DNA of 64,000 nt from Carcharhinus longimanus (Eukaryota), in contig JASCQW010000156.1 in assembly GCA_030264375.1 (NCBI GenBank), positions 26,816,761-26,880,760 on the forward strand. Reading direction: 5' to 3'. The notes beneath the pieces were generated by a model, which had not been told where the DNA came from, searched no databases, and saw only the letters and a program-made list of their open reading frames with translations. This document shows, one piece after another, positions 25,253-38,339 of this stretch. A program made the translations under genes and the position numbers. Each line of letters opens with the position of its first letter. Positions within the stretch are counted from its first letter, which is position 1.

Positions 25253-25410
25253 TTAGAAACAGAAAGTGCTGGAAACACCCAGGTCAGGCAGCATCTGTGA
25301 GGAGATTAGATGAGTTAGTGTTTCAGATGTGGACCTTTCATCCAAACTGATGAATGTTTCCAGCATTTTCAGTTTTTCAGATTTCCAGCATCTGCAATTC
25401 TTTTCCTTGT
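25253..25410. repeat. Palindromic dispersed repeat (probably inverted Penelope pLTR remnants)
   Basis: AAAGTGCTGGAAAC..GGCAGCATCTG / TTTCCAGCATTTTC..TTCCAGCATCTGC. Related pieces at 34044-34140, 51045-51300, and 55320-55400 plus 56000-56120. Confidence 0.6.
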
Positions 25411-25419
25411 CACTCAAGA

Positions 25420-27140
25420 TAAATGCACGTGGGCAAACTAACAAAGCATTTCCAGATCTATTCTCATTCTGCTTTCTGATATTGTCGAGTATAACATTCC
25501 AGACAACACTCTCCACCTGCTTGCTACTGGGAATAAACTTCATATGATTTGGAGTTTCTCCAAGGTTGCATCCAGACAGAAATGCAAACTCTATGGTTTT
25601 AAAGATTGTAGAATTTATGCATGAATTACACACACACACATCATTACACTCAATTATCTTCAATCTCCTATGTCTGTCTATTAGACCCAATGTCTGAATA
25701 TGTCCCATCCATGTGCCCATCTCTCAAATGTGAGGATCCTCCAATTATGCCTATTTGCAGGGAGGGACATGGAATTTGCATCTGGATTTTCAGGCACACA
25801 GGTCATCTGAAAAAAGCACAGATCAGTTGACCAACAGAGAATAGAAGATATTATCACCTCCTGTTAATGTAGGGAAGCATTTAAGTTTCAACAGTGGTCA
25901 CACTCCAAAGGGTGATAATCAAAGACAGGAGGCACAAAGAAACTCTGAGAAAAGTAAGCTCTGCTTTCCCAGAACATCTTGGGGCCAGTATTGGAGGTCA
26001 CAACATCTGGAACATCAATTATGTTGGAGGAGCTTGTGCCCAATTTGCAGGCAGCCCAGCCAGTGGGTGCAGCCTTGTCTGACTTTCCAGGTTATGAATG
26101 AGTAGCTGACAATGCACCCTTCGTGTGTCACAGAGGATGCCATTGGGTGACTGTGACCAAAATGAGAAGCCTACAGTCCATATGGTGCAAATAGACGAAC
26201 TGAAGATGACTGTGGCTCTTAATTACAACAGACCTGAATCCTTCCATAGATGAACTTGTACAGGATGAGTCAAGGGACAGCGAAGGGTCCATCCATAATT
26301 AGCCACAGTCCACAAGGAGCCATTGGCATTTCTTTCTGTTCAGTGCAATTCTGTGCACTCGACTGCTGTCATTCCTTCTTCTATCTAGTTTCTGATGCTA
26401 GCCACCAATCCAGTTCTCCTCCAATCTGGCATGTTCCTTCCTGATGTTTCAACTTCTTTTGTCGCCAACGCCAGACTCTCATCAAACCTCTTCCAGTGAT
26501 CTTACCTTCTCAATGTTCATTCCTTCGCTTCAGTTAAAAGCCCAGGAGATGCAAGGACTCTGATTTTCCTGAAGACAAATTCATTAGTGCTTCACTAATC
26601 TGTCCAGCTGTTTCTAAGGACCTGTTGCTACAGCCACATTTCAAAAACTGTAATCCTCTTATCTATCAGCCTTATTGAGGATCCAGATCTCACAGCTATA
26701 CAACATAATGTTCCACATCAGAATTTTGCAAGTTGTATTTTCAAATGCAAGTTAATGGATGTTCTCCAGGCTTCATTCACCTGACAAATTGTCTAGCGGC
26801 TAATAGTTAACCTTGTCTTGATGCCAGTGTTGCTATCCCCATTTAAGGTCATTTATGATCACATAAATTAAAACAGATCCACATTTGCAGTGAATGGTCA
26901 CACTGCTCTCACCATGGATTACCATTGAGTATGTCTTATTTTTGTTGACGTTCAGTTCAAATCTCTGACTTAACTTGCTCAGCCCTTCAACTACTATGCA
27001 TAATTCTTGCTTTCCTTTGGGAATCAGAGTAGTGTCATCAGCATAACTGATGCTCAAGATGTTGTAACCACTAATCCTGGCCCCAAGATGTTCTGGGAAA
27101 TGACAGCTGACTTTTTTCACAACCTTTTCTCCTATGGCAT
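25420..27140 (-). mobile_element. Decayed RTE-type LINE fragments (mostly minus; a + strand piece at ~25940-26025)
   Basis: GARISGYNILSISYADDTTLI..FELNVNKNKTYSMVI on minus. The homologous HLGASIGGHNIWNINY is on plus. Confidence 0.65.
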
Positions 27141-28579
27141 TGAAGTAGAGAAGAATAGCATTTGTCATGCGTTCTGTGGAGTTCATTAATATTGGGATGG
27201 CTGCAGTGGGACAACAACTTCTGTAGAATTCTGCAAGCTCAAGGTTGCTAGAACGCAGTTCCTTGACCAGGCCATCGTCCAATGAATCACCCACTCACAG
27301 ACGTCCCAACCAGAAGACGACTGTTTGTACTAAATTTTATACCAAGAATGTCAAAATGCACATGGTTAAGGGCAGAATTCTCCTTTAAAATATGTAATCC
27401 CTTCTTATCATTTTAAAAATCCTTCCATTATCATGCCATAAGAAATATTTTTAAATATTGTGCTCAGTTTAATTTAAATGTAAAACTATGGAAAATATGA
27501 AAGAGTATGTGCAGAAATATAACTAAACAAAAAGATCAAACCTCGTAACAGATATAAACAAGAACTGAAATTATGTAAATATTTGAATTGTGTGCAAAAT
27601 TTTGATAACTGTCAAAAATTCAAAAATATAACATTTTCAGCAGTGAATCTTTTCAAATATTAGAGACAAAAATGGGATGATAGCCTGAAAGCTTCTCCAC
27701 TTCTGATAACAAGAGAGGAGAAAATCTCCCAACAAATTCTTCCTACTCCATCTAATCACTTTACTTGGCTCCCACATCAAGAAGAGTGCTTCAGCTAGCT
27801 GTCCCCTTGTAGCCTACAAGTTATTCTAGATGGGCTTTAAACTTGGGAGATGGTACTGAGATACCATAAATAATCCATGTTGGGATGGGGATGCTAGTGC
27901 CTGTGTCCCAGCACTGAGATTCGGAGTTGCCTCATGTAGCTTGCTGGGGAACTGGTGAGCCATTCATTGTGGCGGCAAATTTGATTTTGGTGTTGGCGTC
28001 CTTCGGGGTACTCACTAGATTCAGCAAAGATAAAGGGGCAAGAGTTTCCACCAGAAATATTTTTGGTCAGCTGAGTTTTGTCACGATCAAGGACACTGAA
28101 GGTTGCAGGGTGGCAGTCGCCGAATTCCTTTATGGGCGGTGGAAGTACATTACTACTTCCTTGAGGCCCACACAAATAATTTGACATTTGGCTTTGCTGG
28201 GTTTCATTGCCTGCAGGGCAAGCTCTGATTAGTTCCTACCTAAAATCATAATTGGGATAGTACATTCTGGGACCTGGGCTGCCATATTAAAAAGGAATGA
28301 TCACCTGGACCAGGCAGTTAAAATCCAAAGGTGCCTGTTTAACATGGTGTTAGCTGAATTGCTACTTTAATGAAATGACGAGGAAACTGACCCCATTTTG
28401 AGATCGTTCCCATCCTGTTAATGCCATATAAAGGGGAGTGAAAATTGAACTTGAAGTTCCAGCCTCCACCAGGTTGAGGGTCCTACCTTCTACATTATGG
28501 TCTCTTGATAGGGGAACTTGCTGGACAGCCAAAAACAACATTCAGTGTTGGATTGGTTCTTGTAGTTGTATTGTTGCTG

Positions 28580-28800
28580 ATGATCACAGACTCAATGGGG
28601 CTGGACTTGCAAGGTTCTCTTTGTTGCTGCTGATGGAGCCCGAGGTCACCATGTCCCTTTGAAGCAACTTTGCATGCCTGCAGCCGCCAAGTCAGGTTCC
28701 ACTGTCATGCCACTCCATGGCAGCCTTCATTGCGTCTCCTGAAAGAAGGCTGCATCCTCCACCTCCCCATTGGATTCAGATGTCAAAAGAGCTCACTTAA
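28580..28800 (+). mobile_element. Possible Harbinger Myb/SANT-like remnant
   Basis: ARFS..LME and W-I-Q-(fs)-C-Q-K pattern typical of Harbinger MSANT proteins. Heavily decayed. Confidence 0.3.
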
Positions 28801-29139
28801 ATTACATCTCAATTACTTTTAGATGCTAAGTTTCACTCATTAGTGTATATTCTAAATACTTGAGTATTGGAGTGAGTTTATTGAATTTTCGGAAGGTACA
28901 ATAGTCTTGACAAACTTAATGAGGGACAACTTTGACATCACTTTTTACATAAAATCTGCAATATTATCAAATTTTTGGAAAATAATTAATTAGAGAGTTT
29001 CAATCTAATGCATTTATACAATCTTACTTCCAGTCGCCCTGGCACATTTAGCCCTGATGTGATTCTAAACTTATTTGAAATGAATGTATGCCCCCTAGCT
29101 GCAAAATGAATGCCGAAACTACAAAGAATTTAATTAAGC

Positions 29140-29617
29140 ATAGAACCATGGAATCCCTACAGTGCAGAAGGAGGCCATTCAGCCCATCAAGCCTGCACTG
29201 ACAACAATCCAACCCAGGCCCTGTCCCCGTAACTCTCACATATTTACCATTCTAANNNNNNNNNNNNNNNNNNNNNNNNNNNNNNNNNNNNNNNNNNNNN
29301 NNNNNNNNNNNNNNNNNNNNNNNNNNNNNNNNNNNNNNNNNNNNNNNNNNNNNNNACAACAATCCAACCCAGGCCCTGTCCCCGTAACTCTCACATATTT
29401 ACCATTCTAATCCCCTTGGCATAAGAGGCAATTTAGCATGGCCAAGCCACCTAATCTGCACATCTTTGGAGTGTGGGAGGAAATCCAAGCACCCGAAGGA
29501 AAGACACGTAAACACAGCGAGAACATGCAAACAGCACAGTTACTCGAGGCTGGAATTGAAACTAGGTCACTGGCACTGTGAGGCAGAAGTGCTAACTACT
29601 GTGCCACCATGCTGCCT
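29140..29617 (-). mobile_element. HE1/V-SINE (spans a gap with duplicated flanks)
   Basis: Standard head, core and tail motifs on the reverse strand. Confidence 0.85.
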
Positions 29618-29694
29618 AATGAAAATGGAGGCCATACAGCCCAACTAACAATTGTCCAATTCCCAATAAACCCCTGTCCCTAGAGTTTTTGTCT

Positions 29695-30940
29695 TTGATT
29701 TGATTTATTATTGTCACAGATATTAGNNNNNNNNNNTGGTACAGTCATAGCTAGGGTGTAGAGAAAGGTCAAATTAATATCAGAAGGTCCATTCAAAAGT
29801 CTGGTGGCAGCATGGAAGGAGCTGTTCTTGAATCAGTTGGTATGTGATCTCAGACTTTTGTATCTTTTTCCCGATGGAAGAAGATGGAAGGGAGTATGTC
29901 TGGGATGTATGGGTTGTGCTGGCTGCTTTTCCGAGGCAGCAGGAAATGTAGACCGAGTCACTGGATGGGNNNNNNNNNNNNNNNNNNNNNNNNNNNNNNN
30001 NNNNNNNNNNNNNNNNNNNNNNNNNNNNNNNNNNNNNNNNNNNNNNNNNNNNNNNNNNNNNNNNNNNNNGAAGGGAGTATGTCTGGGATGTATGGGTTGT
30101 GCTGGCTGCTTTTCCGAGGCAGCAGGAAATGTAGACAGAGTCAATGGATGGGAGGCTGGTTTGCATGATGGACTGGGCTTCATTCATGACCTATTGTAGT
30201 TTTTTGCGGTCTTGGACAGAGTAGGAACCAAATCAAGCTGAGATACAACCAGGTCGGATGATTTCTATGGTGCATCTGTAAAATTTGTTGGAAGTCATAG
30301 CGGAAAAGCTAAATTTCCATCACCTCCTGAGAAAATAGAGACATTGCTGGGTTTTCTTAACTACAGCATCAGCATGGATGGACCAGGACAGGTTGTTGAT
30401 GATCTAATCACCTAGAAACCTGAAGCTTTTGACCATTTCCACTTTATCTCCTCTGGGGCATGTCCTCCACTGCACTTCTTGAAGTCAATGACTATCTCCT
30501 TCATTTTACTGACATTGAGGGAGAGTTTATTGTCGTCGCACCAGTTCATCAGATTCTCTATCTCTGTCTCATATTTTCAGATCTGACCCACTACAGTGGT
30601 GTCATCAGCAAACTTTAAAATTGAGTTGGAGGGGAATTTGGCCACAGTCATATGTGTATAAGGTGTATAGTAAGAGGCTGAGGACACAGCCTTGTGCGGC
30701 ACCAGTGTTGAGGATAATCATGGAGAAAGTGTTGTCCTCTATCGTTACTGATTATGGTCTCTGAGTTAGGAAATCTAGGATCCAGTCGCAGAGGGAGGAG
30801 CCGAGCCCTATGCCACAGAGTTTAGAGAAGAGTTTTGTAGGAATAACGGTGTTGAAGGCTGAGCTGCAGTCAATGAATAGGAGTTTGACATAAGTGTCTA
30901 GCTGGTCCAGGGTTAAGTGTAGGGCCAGGGAGATGGTTTC
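29695..30940 (-). mobile_element. Rex1/Babar LINE 3' fragment
   Basis: [51 protein letters not shown], and (AATCA)n tail. Confidence 0.88.
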
Positions 30941-31154
30941 CACTACTTTACAATTTAATTGATTGATCAATGCCACAAATCTGTATGAGGCTAGTTTACT
31001 GCCATCAGTCCTGGACCGATATTTTTACTGGTTTGTATCAATATCCCCATACCCTGCAGCTTTTTGTTTGACTTTAATGCAATGAAACATCCCAAGGTGC
31101 TTCACAGGAGTGTTATCAAACCAAATTTCTCACCAAGCCACACTGTGCCAAAGG

Positions 31155-31470
31155 GGCTGAATAATGGTTAGCACTGTCGCCTCACAGCGCCAGGGACCAG
31201 GGTTCAATTCCCAGCTTAGGGGTTTGCACATTCTCCCCGTGTCTGTGTGGGTTTCCTCGTGGCGCTCCGGTTTCCTCCCACAGTCCAAAGATGTGCAGGT
31301 TAGGTTGATTGACCATGCTAAATTGCCCATAAGTGTCGGGTGGATTAGTAAGGTAAATAAGTAGGGTCATGGGGATAGAGCCTGGGTGGGATTGTAGTCA
31401 GTGTAGCCTTGATGGGCCAAATGGCCCCCTTCTGCAAGTTATGACTCTATGATATTCTATGAATCTATGA
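31155..31470 (+). mobile_element. HE1/V-SINE
   Basis: TGGTTAGCACTGTCGCCTCACAGCGCCAGGGACCAGGGTTCAATTCC head and CTATGA tail repeats. Confidence 0.85.
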
Positions 31471-32689
31471 ATTACAGAAAGCAGATGTGGGAGGCAAGCC
31501 AAGAGTTGTTAAAATAGTCAAGCCCAGAAGTATCAAAGGCATACATAAGGGTTTCAGCAGGTGATCAACCAATGCAGGGGAGGAATTGAGTGAAGTTACA
31601 GAGATGGAACAATGGTTACCTTAGTGGTGTTGTGGATGTTGTTGGGAGCTTATCTCGGTGTCAGCTATAATTTTGTGCAACTGAATGCGTCTTGAATAAG
31701 TTTAAATCTCAGCCCAAAGTTGTTAAGAGTCAAGTTCAGCCTCAGACATTTGTCAAGGAGAATAGCAGAATGAGTTTGTGGTGCAAAACAGTAGAATTTT
31801 GAAGAATGGATCACATCCAACAGATTTTGTAGAATGGAAAGACAGGTTAATATTTCAGATGTAGACATTTGTCGGAACTCCATTCCTTCACTTCTATTTT
31901 TTCTTCCAATAGAGGAGCATGACAACTGCCAGTAATGTAGCCACCAGAGTATTAGGATCAGTGAATAATCCCGGGGAAAAAGTAGGTGAGGGTGGGATGG
32001 GAGTCATAGTGTGGGTGTTAGTGGCTGGAGGTTTCAGGGAAGAAAGAAGAAAGGGCAGGAGTGGCTGTCATCAAGCTCTCCTGTTTCTGATACTTAATCC
32101 TTTGATTAGTTAATGAGTGCCTTTGAAAGTGGGACAACACCCACCACCAGCCCCCCATGCCCCTGCTCCCAGAGCCAGCAAGTGTGGTGAATGCTCCATC
32201 TCTCGCAATTGAACACCAGCAACATAAGAATGAGGCCTTTGAGTGGGTATTAACTGCCTATTTAATGGACTCAATTAGTGTCAGATGAGAAACTGGGGGC
32301 AGTGGCAGGCATGCAGAAGGGTCCCAGCCCCATACCCTCTAGCCTGATTAAATGGCTTCCTGCCTCCAAACCTTTCTTGGGGAGGGCATTAAATTCTGAC
32401 TATTAAATGATTATAGCACAAAAGAGGTCATCAAGGCCATGCTGAGCATTCTAAACTGATTTAGAATTAGTAAGGAAAAAGAATGTGGAAAGTGGCCACT
32501 TTGTGAGGTGCTGAAGACTTCCATTGCCTTTAGAACCATACCAACAACAATCAGTGTCTCCAGATTTGGTTTTCAGTGGTTCCATCCTGTATGGTTCACA
32601 CGCACTAAATTAAAGGCAATGGTGAAACTCAAGCACAAAAGTTTCAGAAAGACATTATCAACTATGTTCATGAGAAAGGCTAGATAAAT

Positions 32690-32935
32690 GAAAGCAGCTG
32701 GAAAAAATAGATCAAAGAAATGTGGAATTTGAGATCAGCAAAGAAAACGGTTTGATCGTCCGGGACATGTTCAAATCCCACCTTGTTGATGATGTAGTCC
32801 GTGATGTGAGATCAACCAACAATAACATGGCAGTTGTTCCTGGTGGTCTTTGGAGAGTTGTTCAGCCCTTTAACGCATGGACAAATAAACTACTCAAAAC
32901 AGTATCCAAAAGATGTGGAACGATTGGATGTTGAA
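32690..32935 (+). mobile_element. pogo/Tigger-like DDE transposase remnant
   Basis: GLIVRDMFKSHLVDDV..NNNMAVVPGGLWRVVQPFNAWTNK matches the pogo DDE_1 pattern LLVWDxFxxH..LAVIPGGLTxxLQPLDVxxNKPFK. Confidence 0.7.
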
Positions 32936-32967
32936 AGACAAAAAAAAACAGTAAAGGTGGAAATAGA

Positions 32968-33943
32968 TCCTGTGCAGATTAGCTGGTGAGGGTATTCACA
33001 GACATCGTCAACCTCTTTTTTTACAACAATCTGAGGTCCCTATCTGCTTCAAGAAGATGACCATCATCCCGGTACCTAAAAAAAACACAAACAATGTGCC
33101 TTAATAACTATCGGCCAGTGGCTCTGACATCCATCATTCTGAAGTGCTTCAAAAGGTTAGTCATGGCACGAATCAATTCCAGCCTCCCAGACTACCTGGA
33201 TCCACTACAGTTTGCCTACTGCCACAACAGGTTCTCAGCAGATGCCATTTCCCTGGCCCTGCACTCAATCCTGGAACACCTAGATAACAAGGACACCTGT
33301 GTCAGCTCGGCCTTCAACACTATTATTCCCACAAAACTCATCTCCAAACTCCGTGGCCTGGGCCTCGGTACCTCCATCTGTGAGGAGATCCTGAACTTCC
33401 TAACTCACAGACCACAATCTGTAAGGATAGGCAACAACACCTCCTCCATGATCACCCTCAACATCAGTGCCCAAAAGGGCTCTGTTCTCAACCCCTTACT
33501 ATACTTCTTATACATCTATGACTGTGTGGCAAATTCCCCTCCAATTCGCTCTTCAAGTTTGCTGATGTCACCTTCATAGTGGGTCGGATCTCAAGCAATG
33601 AGTATAGGAATGAGACAGAGAATCTGGTGAACTGGTGTGGCAACAATAATCTCTCCCTCAATGTCAACAAAACGAAGGAGGTTGTCATTGACTTCAGGAA
33701 GCGTAATGGAGAACATGCCCCCTGTCTACATCAACAGAGATGAAGTAGAAAGGGTTGAGAGTTTAAGGTTCTTATGTGTCCAGATAACCAACAACCTATC
33801 CTGGTCCCCTCATGCCGACAGTATAGTTAAGAAAGCCCACCAACGCCTCTATTTTCTCAAAAGGTGAAGGAAATTTGGTATGTCAGCTATGACTCTCACC
33901 AACTTTTACAGATGCACCATAGAAAGCATTCTTTCTGGTTGTA
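32968..33943 (+). mobile_element. Rex1/Babar LINE RT fragment
   Basis: [39 protein letters not shown] and IVKKAHQRLYFLKR motifs. Confidence 0.92.
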
Positions 33944-34221
33944 NNNNNNNNNNNNNNNNNNNNNNNNNNNNNNNNNNNNNNNNNNNNNNNNNNNNNNNNN
34001 NNNNNNNNNNNNNNNNNNNNNNNNNNNNNNNNNNNNNNNNNNNCAGTTGAGGCTCTTTTCTCTCCTTACAGACCTGCTGAGACTTTCCAGCATTTTCTCT
34101 TTTGGTTTCAGATTCCAGCAGTATTTTGCTTTCATTTAGTTTCTATTGTAATTCAGACATCACATTCCAACACCACAGTTTAGGATGCTTAATTATTGAA
34201 GATTGAGAGATGATCTAACTC

Positions 34222-34490
34222 ACAGAAACCTTATAGTGCATAGAATGCCCATTGCGCATTCTACCCAGACCCTATCTCCATAACCTCATAGATCTACCCT
34301 GTTAATTCCTCTAACTTACATATCTTGCAACAGTAAGGGGCAATTCAGCGTGGCTAACTTTAGACTGTGGGAGGAAACCAGAACACCTGGAGAAAACCCA
34401 CGTAGACATGGCGAGAACATACAAACTCCACACAGACAGTCACCCAAAGCTGGAATTGAAGCTGAGTTCCTGGCAGTGTGAGGTATTGTG
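34222..34490 (-). mobile_element. Decayed HE1/V-SINE
   Basis: GACTGTGGGAGGAAACC..CACACAGACAGTCACCC core. Confidence 0.75.
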
Positions 34491-35379
34491 GTGTTAAAGG
34501 TGATTAAACGCCAGGGGATATCTGCAAGATGAAAAGCTTCAGCAACTTGCCTCTCTCTTCAGAGATATTTAACTGCTGTATAACCAGGTGACTTCGTTAT
34601 CAAAGGATAAGTTCTTTAGTTAACAAAGGATTAAGTTTATCAAATTAGGAAAAAAAAATTGCTGGAGCGTAATTTTAGATCCCCCAACAAAAAAAAGGAA
34701 AAACATTTTCCAGATTATAGGGATCAGGAAGACTGAAGAAATCATAATCTAACTGGCTCATCAGGAGTCTGTTGAGATCAAGTCTGATACTAGTTTTACA
34801 CCAATGTGATATAAGACCCATCCTCTGTAAACTTTTCCCCCAGTAACTGGTCTGTGTCGATTCACAGACCGACACTGACTCCAGGTCCAGCAATCTGCTG
34901 AATTGAAAATTCCTCAACACTATTTTTTTAAATCCTCCCTCGCCTCACCTCTCCCCATGTTTGTAACCTCCTTCAGTCCTACAACCCTCTGATACATCTG
35001 CACTCCCTGAATTGCAGCCTCTGGTTTCCTATCCCTCCACCGCTGGCAGCCGTGCCTTTAGCTCCCTGGGCCCTTAAGCTCTGGAATTCCCTCCCTAAAC
35101 CTCACCCCCCTCTCTCTCCTCCTTCACAATGTTCCTACTCTGGCCTCATTGATCTAATTTTTGATCACCCGTCCCAGTATCTCTTCACGTGACTCAGTGT
35201 TACGTCTTGTTTGGTAACTCTGTGAAGAACCTTGGGACATTTTATTTCATTGTTTGGGTTTTGAGATGCAACATGTCCAATCTGGCTTGCCGTAGTCATA
35301 TCACTGCCATGAGGTAAGGTTGCCATTTCTAATCATTTCAATAAAGCCTCTCACTGAGACACACAGAAGAACAGATTTT

Positions 35380-35672
35380 TTTTAAAGTTTATTTATTAGT
35401 CGCAAGTAAGGCTTACATTAATAGTGCCAGGAAATTAGTGTGAACATCCCTTAGTCGCCATACCCTGGCGCCTGTTCAGGTACACCAAGGGAGAATTTAG
35501 CATGGTCAATGCACCTAAATCAGCACGTCTTTGGACTGTGGGAGGAAACTGGAGCACCTGGAGGAAACCCATGTAGACACGGGGAGAACGTGCAAACTCT
35601 ACACAGACAGTGACCCAAGCCGGGAATCGAACCTGGGTCCTGGCGCCATGAGGCAGCAGTGCTAACCACTGT
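35380..35672 (-). mobile_element. V-SINE-type SINE
   Basis: Complete head (GGCAGCAGTGCTAACCACTG) and core, with an A-rich tail on the reverse strand. Confidence 0.85.
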
Positions 35673-36284
35673 TATAAGTTGTCCTTATATGTGAAACCTG
35701 CATTAAAGATGCTATATAAATGCAAGCTGTTCTTGTATTTTCAACATACTTTCCCCCACCCCACAATTCCTGCAAAGATTCCATTTACAAATCCACATCT
35801 CACAGTTTTATTAATCAGCGTGTTAGGACACTGATCGCTGTAATCATCTTCATGATGTGAGCTGCGACTTTATATCCCTCCCTACATAGACATGACAGAG
35901 ACGATCCACCTCTCTGTTATCTACTGATAACAGACCCAGTGCTGGGTCACTTATAGAACACAATAAGTATGACAAAGTGAAGTGTACATATGCATACTGA
36001 TTGTATTAAAAGTGCACGATAAGTTAAAGTCTTCACAAACTCAACGGCACACTTAGCAGCTTATCAAAATCCGATGCTGTCACAATCTATAAAACTTGGT
36101 GCAAGGGTCAAACCCTTGTGAAGATTTGAGAGTTGGAAATCTGGGGGTGAAACTGAACAGCAGCGACCCAAGCCCATCCCCAGAAATCCTCGTGCATCAG
36201 TAGAGATGGTAAAGTAGAATCTTCAGATCTTACTGCCACGGGTGGAATTTATAAACTGCCACACCTTCACCCATGATACAACAC

Positions 36285-36970
36285 ATAGTCCCTGTCTACA
36301 TCAACGGGACCAAGTAGAAAGGGTCAAAAGCTTCAAGTTTTTAGGTGTCCAGATCACCAACAACCTGTCCTGGTCCCCCATGCCGACACTATAGATAAGA
36401 AAGCCCCACCAACGCCTCTACTTCCTCAGAAGAATAAGGAAATTTGACATGTCAACTACGACTCTCACCAACTTTTACAGATACACCATAGAAAGCATTC
36501 TTTCTGATTGTGTCACAGCTTGGTATGGGCTCCTGCTCTGCCCAAGGCCACAAGGAACTACAAAGGGTCATGAATGTAGCCCAATCCATCACACAAACCA
36601 GCCTCCCATCCACTGACTGTGTCTACACTTCCCACTGCCTCAGGAAAGCAGCCAGTATAATTAAGGACCCCACACACCCCGGACATTCTCTCTTCCACCT
36701 TCTTCCTTCAGGAAAAAGATACAAAAGTCTAAGGTAGCCTACCAACCGACTCAAGAACAGCTTCTTTCCTGCTGCTGTCAGACTTTTGAATGGACTTACC
36801 TTACATTAAGTTGATCTTTCTCTACACCCTAGCAATAATTGTAACACTACATTTTGCACTCTCGTTTCCTTCTCCATGAACAGTATGTTGTGTCTTGTAT
36901 AGCGTGCAAGAAACAATACTTTTCACTGTATACTACTACATGTGACAATAATAAATCAAATCAAATCAAA
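36285..36970 (+). mobile_element. Rex1/Babar LINE 3' end (another tail piece at ~38020-38175)
   Basis: KAASIIKDPTHPGHSLFHLLPSGKRYKSLR and AATAAATCAAATCAAATCAAA tail. Confidence 0.9.
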
Positions 36971-38339
36971 TATGCAAACACCCTTATTAGCAAGATTATC
37001 TTAATAACTTCAAAATGCATGAAATGAACTTGATCTCAATATTGTCAAAAAAGCATTTCTAAAATGTAGAATGTTGAACAGACTCAACAGTTACAAGGGT
37101 GGCTACTGGTGGAATGATGATGCTGAAGTTAACAATACTTTAATATCAACAATGATGATGAAGATGATGACGAGGAAGATCCACATGATGATGTTGTTTG
37201 ATGATTCATAATGATCACAGTGATGTTGAAGGATTTCAACTGACGTGCATTCGTTAATTCTTTATGGTATAAACTTTGATTGTGTTGTATGAGATGTACA
37301 GTTTGTAATGTTATAAAGTGACCCTTAGGACCAAGCTGATAGTTCATAAGTATTGTGCTTTCAGCACTTTGTTGGATGGCCATGAAAAATGGGTGACTAA
37401 TGAAAGAGATTCAATCATTTCCATCTTCACTGTCTGCAGCATATTATGCATGTACTCTGCCAGGAAAAAATTAGCAACCCTCTCTAAGGCAGTACTCCCA
37501 AGTGTGTTGACACTAATAATATTGAATTATGCAAGTTATTTTTGCATTGGTCTTGTGCTGCTCACTCCCAGTTTGGGTTTCCTGCAGCCACCAACAACAA
37601 CACAGTACATTCAACATATTTTGTTTCTTTAAGACTGATGGTCAGAATTCTCCATTTAGTACCAGGCCTTGCTGTATCTTTCTCAATAACTATGGTTGCA
37701 GCATGATCCTTCTTTTGATACCATAATGCAAAGTCATAATAATGCTACTTCCTATATTTCCCCAGCCAAATATTCATTACTATGTACTCAGATTCAATCT
37801 GTGCTGGATTCACAGAGAGACCATCTGCAATATCCAAATGTAATGAGAAGACAGTAGCACCCTTGGGTCCTGGCCTGCAAAATTTAACTATTTAGTAATC
37901 AGAATGTATCAGGTTTATTGATGCCAAACATGGCGCTGGAGCAAGACAACTTCTTGCAAGTTGTGCCCAGCATACTTTCTAATTCTATCTTTCATTCTCG
38001 TTCTACGCTTCTAAAACTTCATTATCTTTCTCTACATCTTAGCAATGATTGTAACACTACATTTTGTACATGCTCGTTTCCTTCTCTATGAATGGTATGT
38101 TTTGTCTGTATTGCGCGCAAGAAACAATATTTTTCACTGTATGCTAATATATGTGACAATAATAAATCAAATCAAAGATCATCCCTGACTCGAATAAATA
38201 ACCTTTTAACAGCAAGGTGGCAGATGAGTCACTACAATTGGCATCAGTGCCCTGAGCTAAAGTATAAAGTTAAAATATCATTTCTAAAATCTTCCAATCT
38301 TTGTAACATCCAATGGCTCTTTGCTGAAGTACATGTTTT

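Noticed and set aside
29200-30152. Exact direct repeats flanking the N gaps at 29256-29355 and 29970-30069 (also TACAAGGATATT around 41125-41224)
   Set aside because: Identical sequence on both sides of 100-N placeholder gaps indicates unmerged contig overlaps, an assembly artefact.
37130-37235. Acidic/Ser-rich reading frames
   Set aside because: Degenerate (GAT)n microsatellite, probably a LINE tail.
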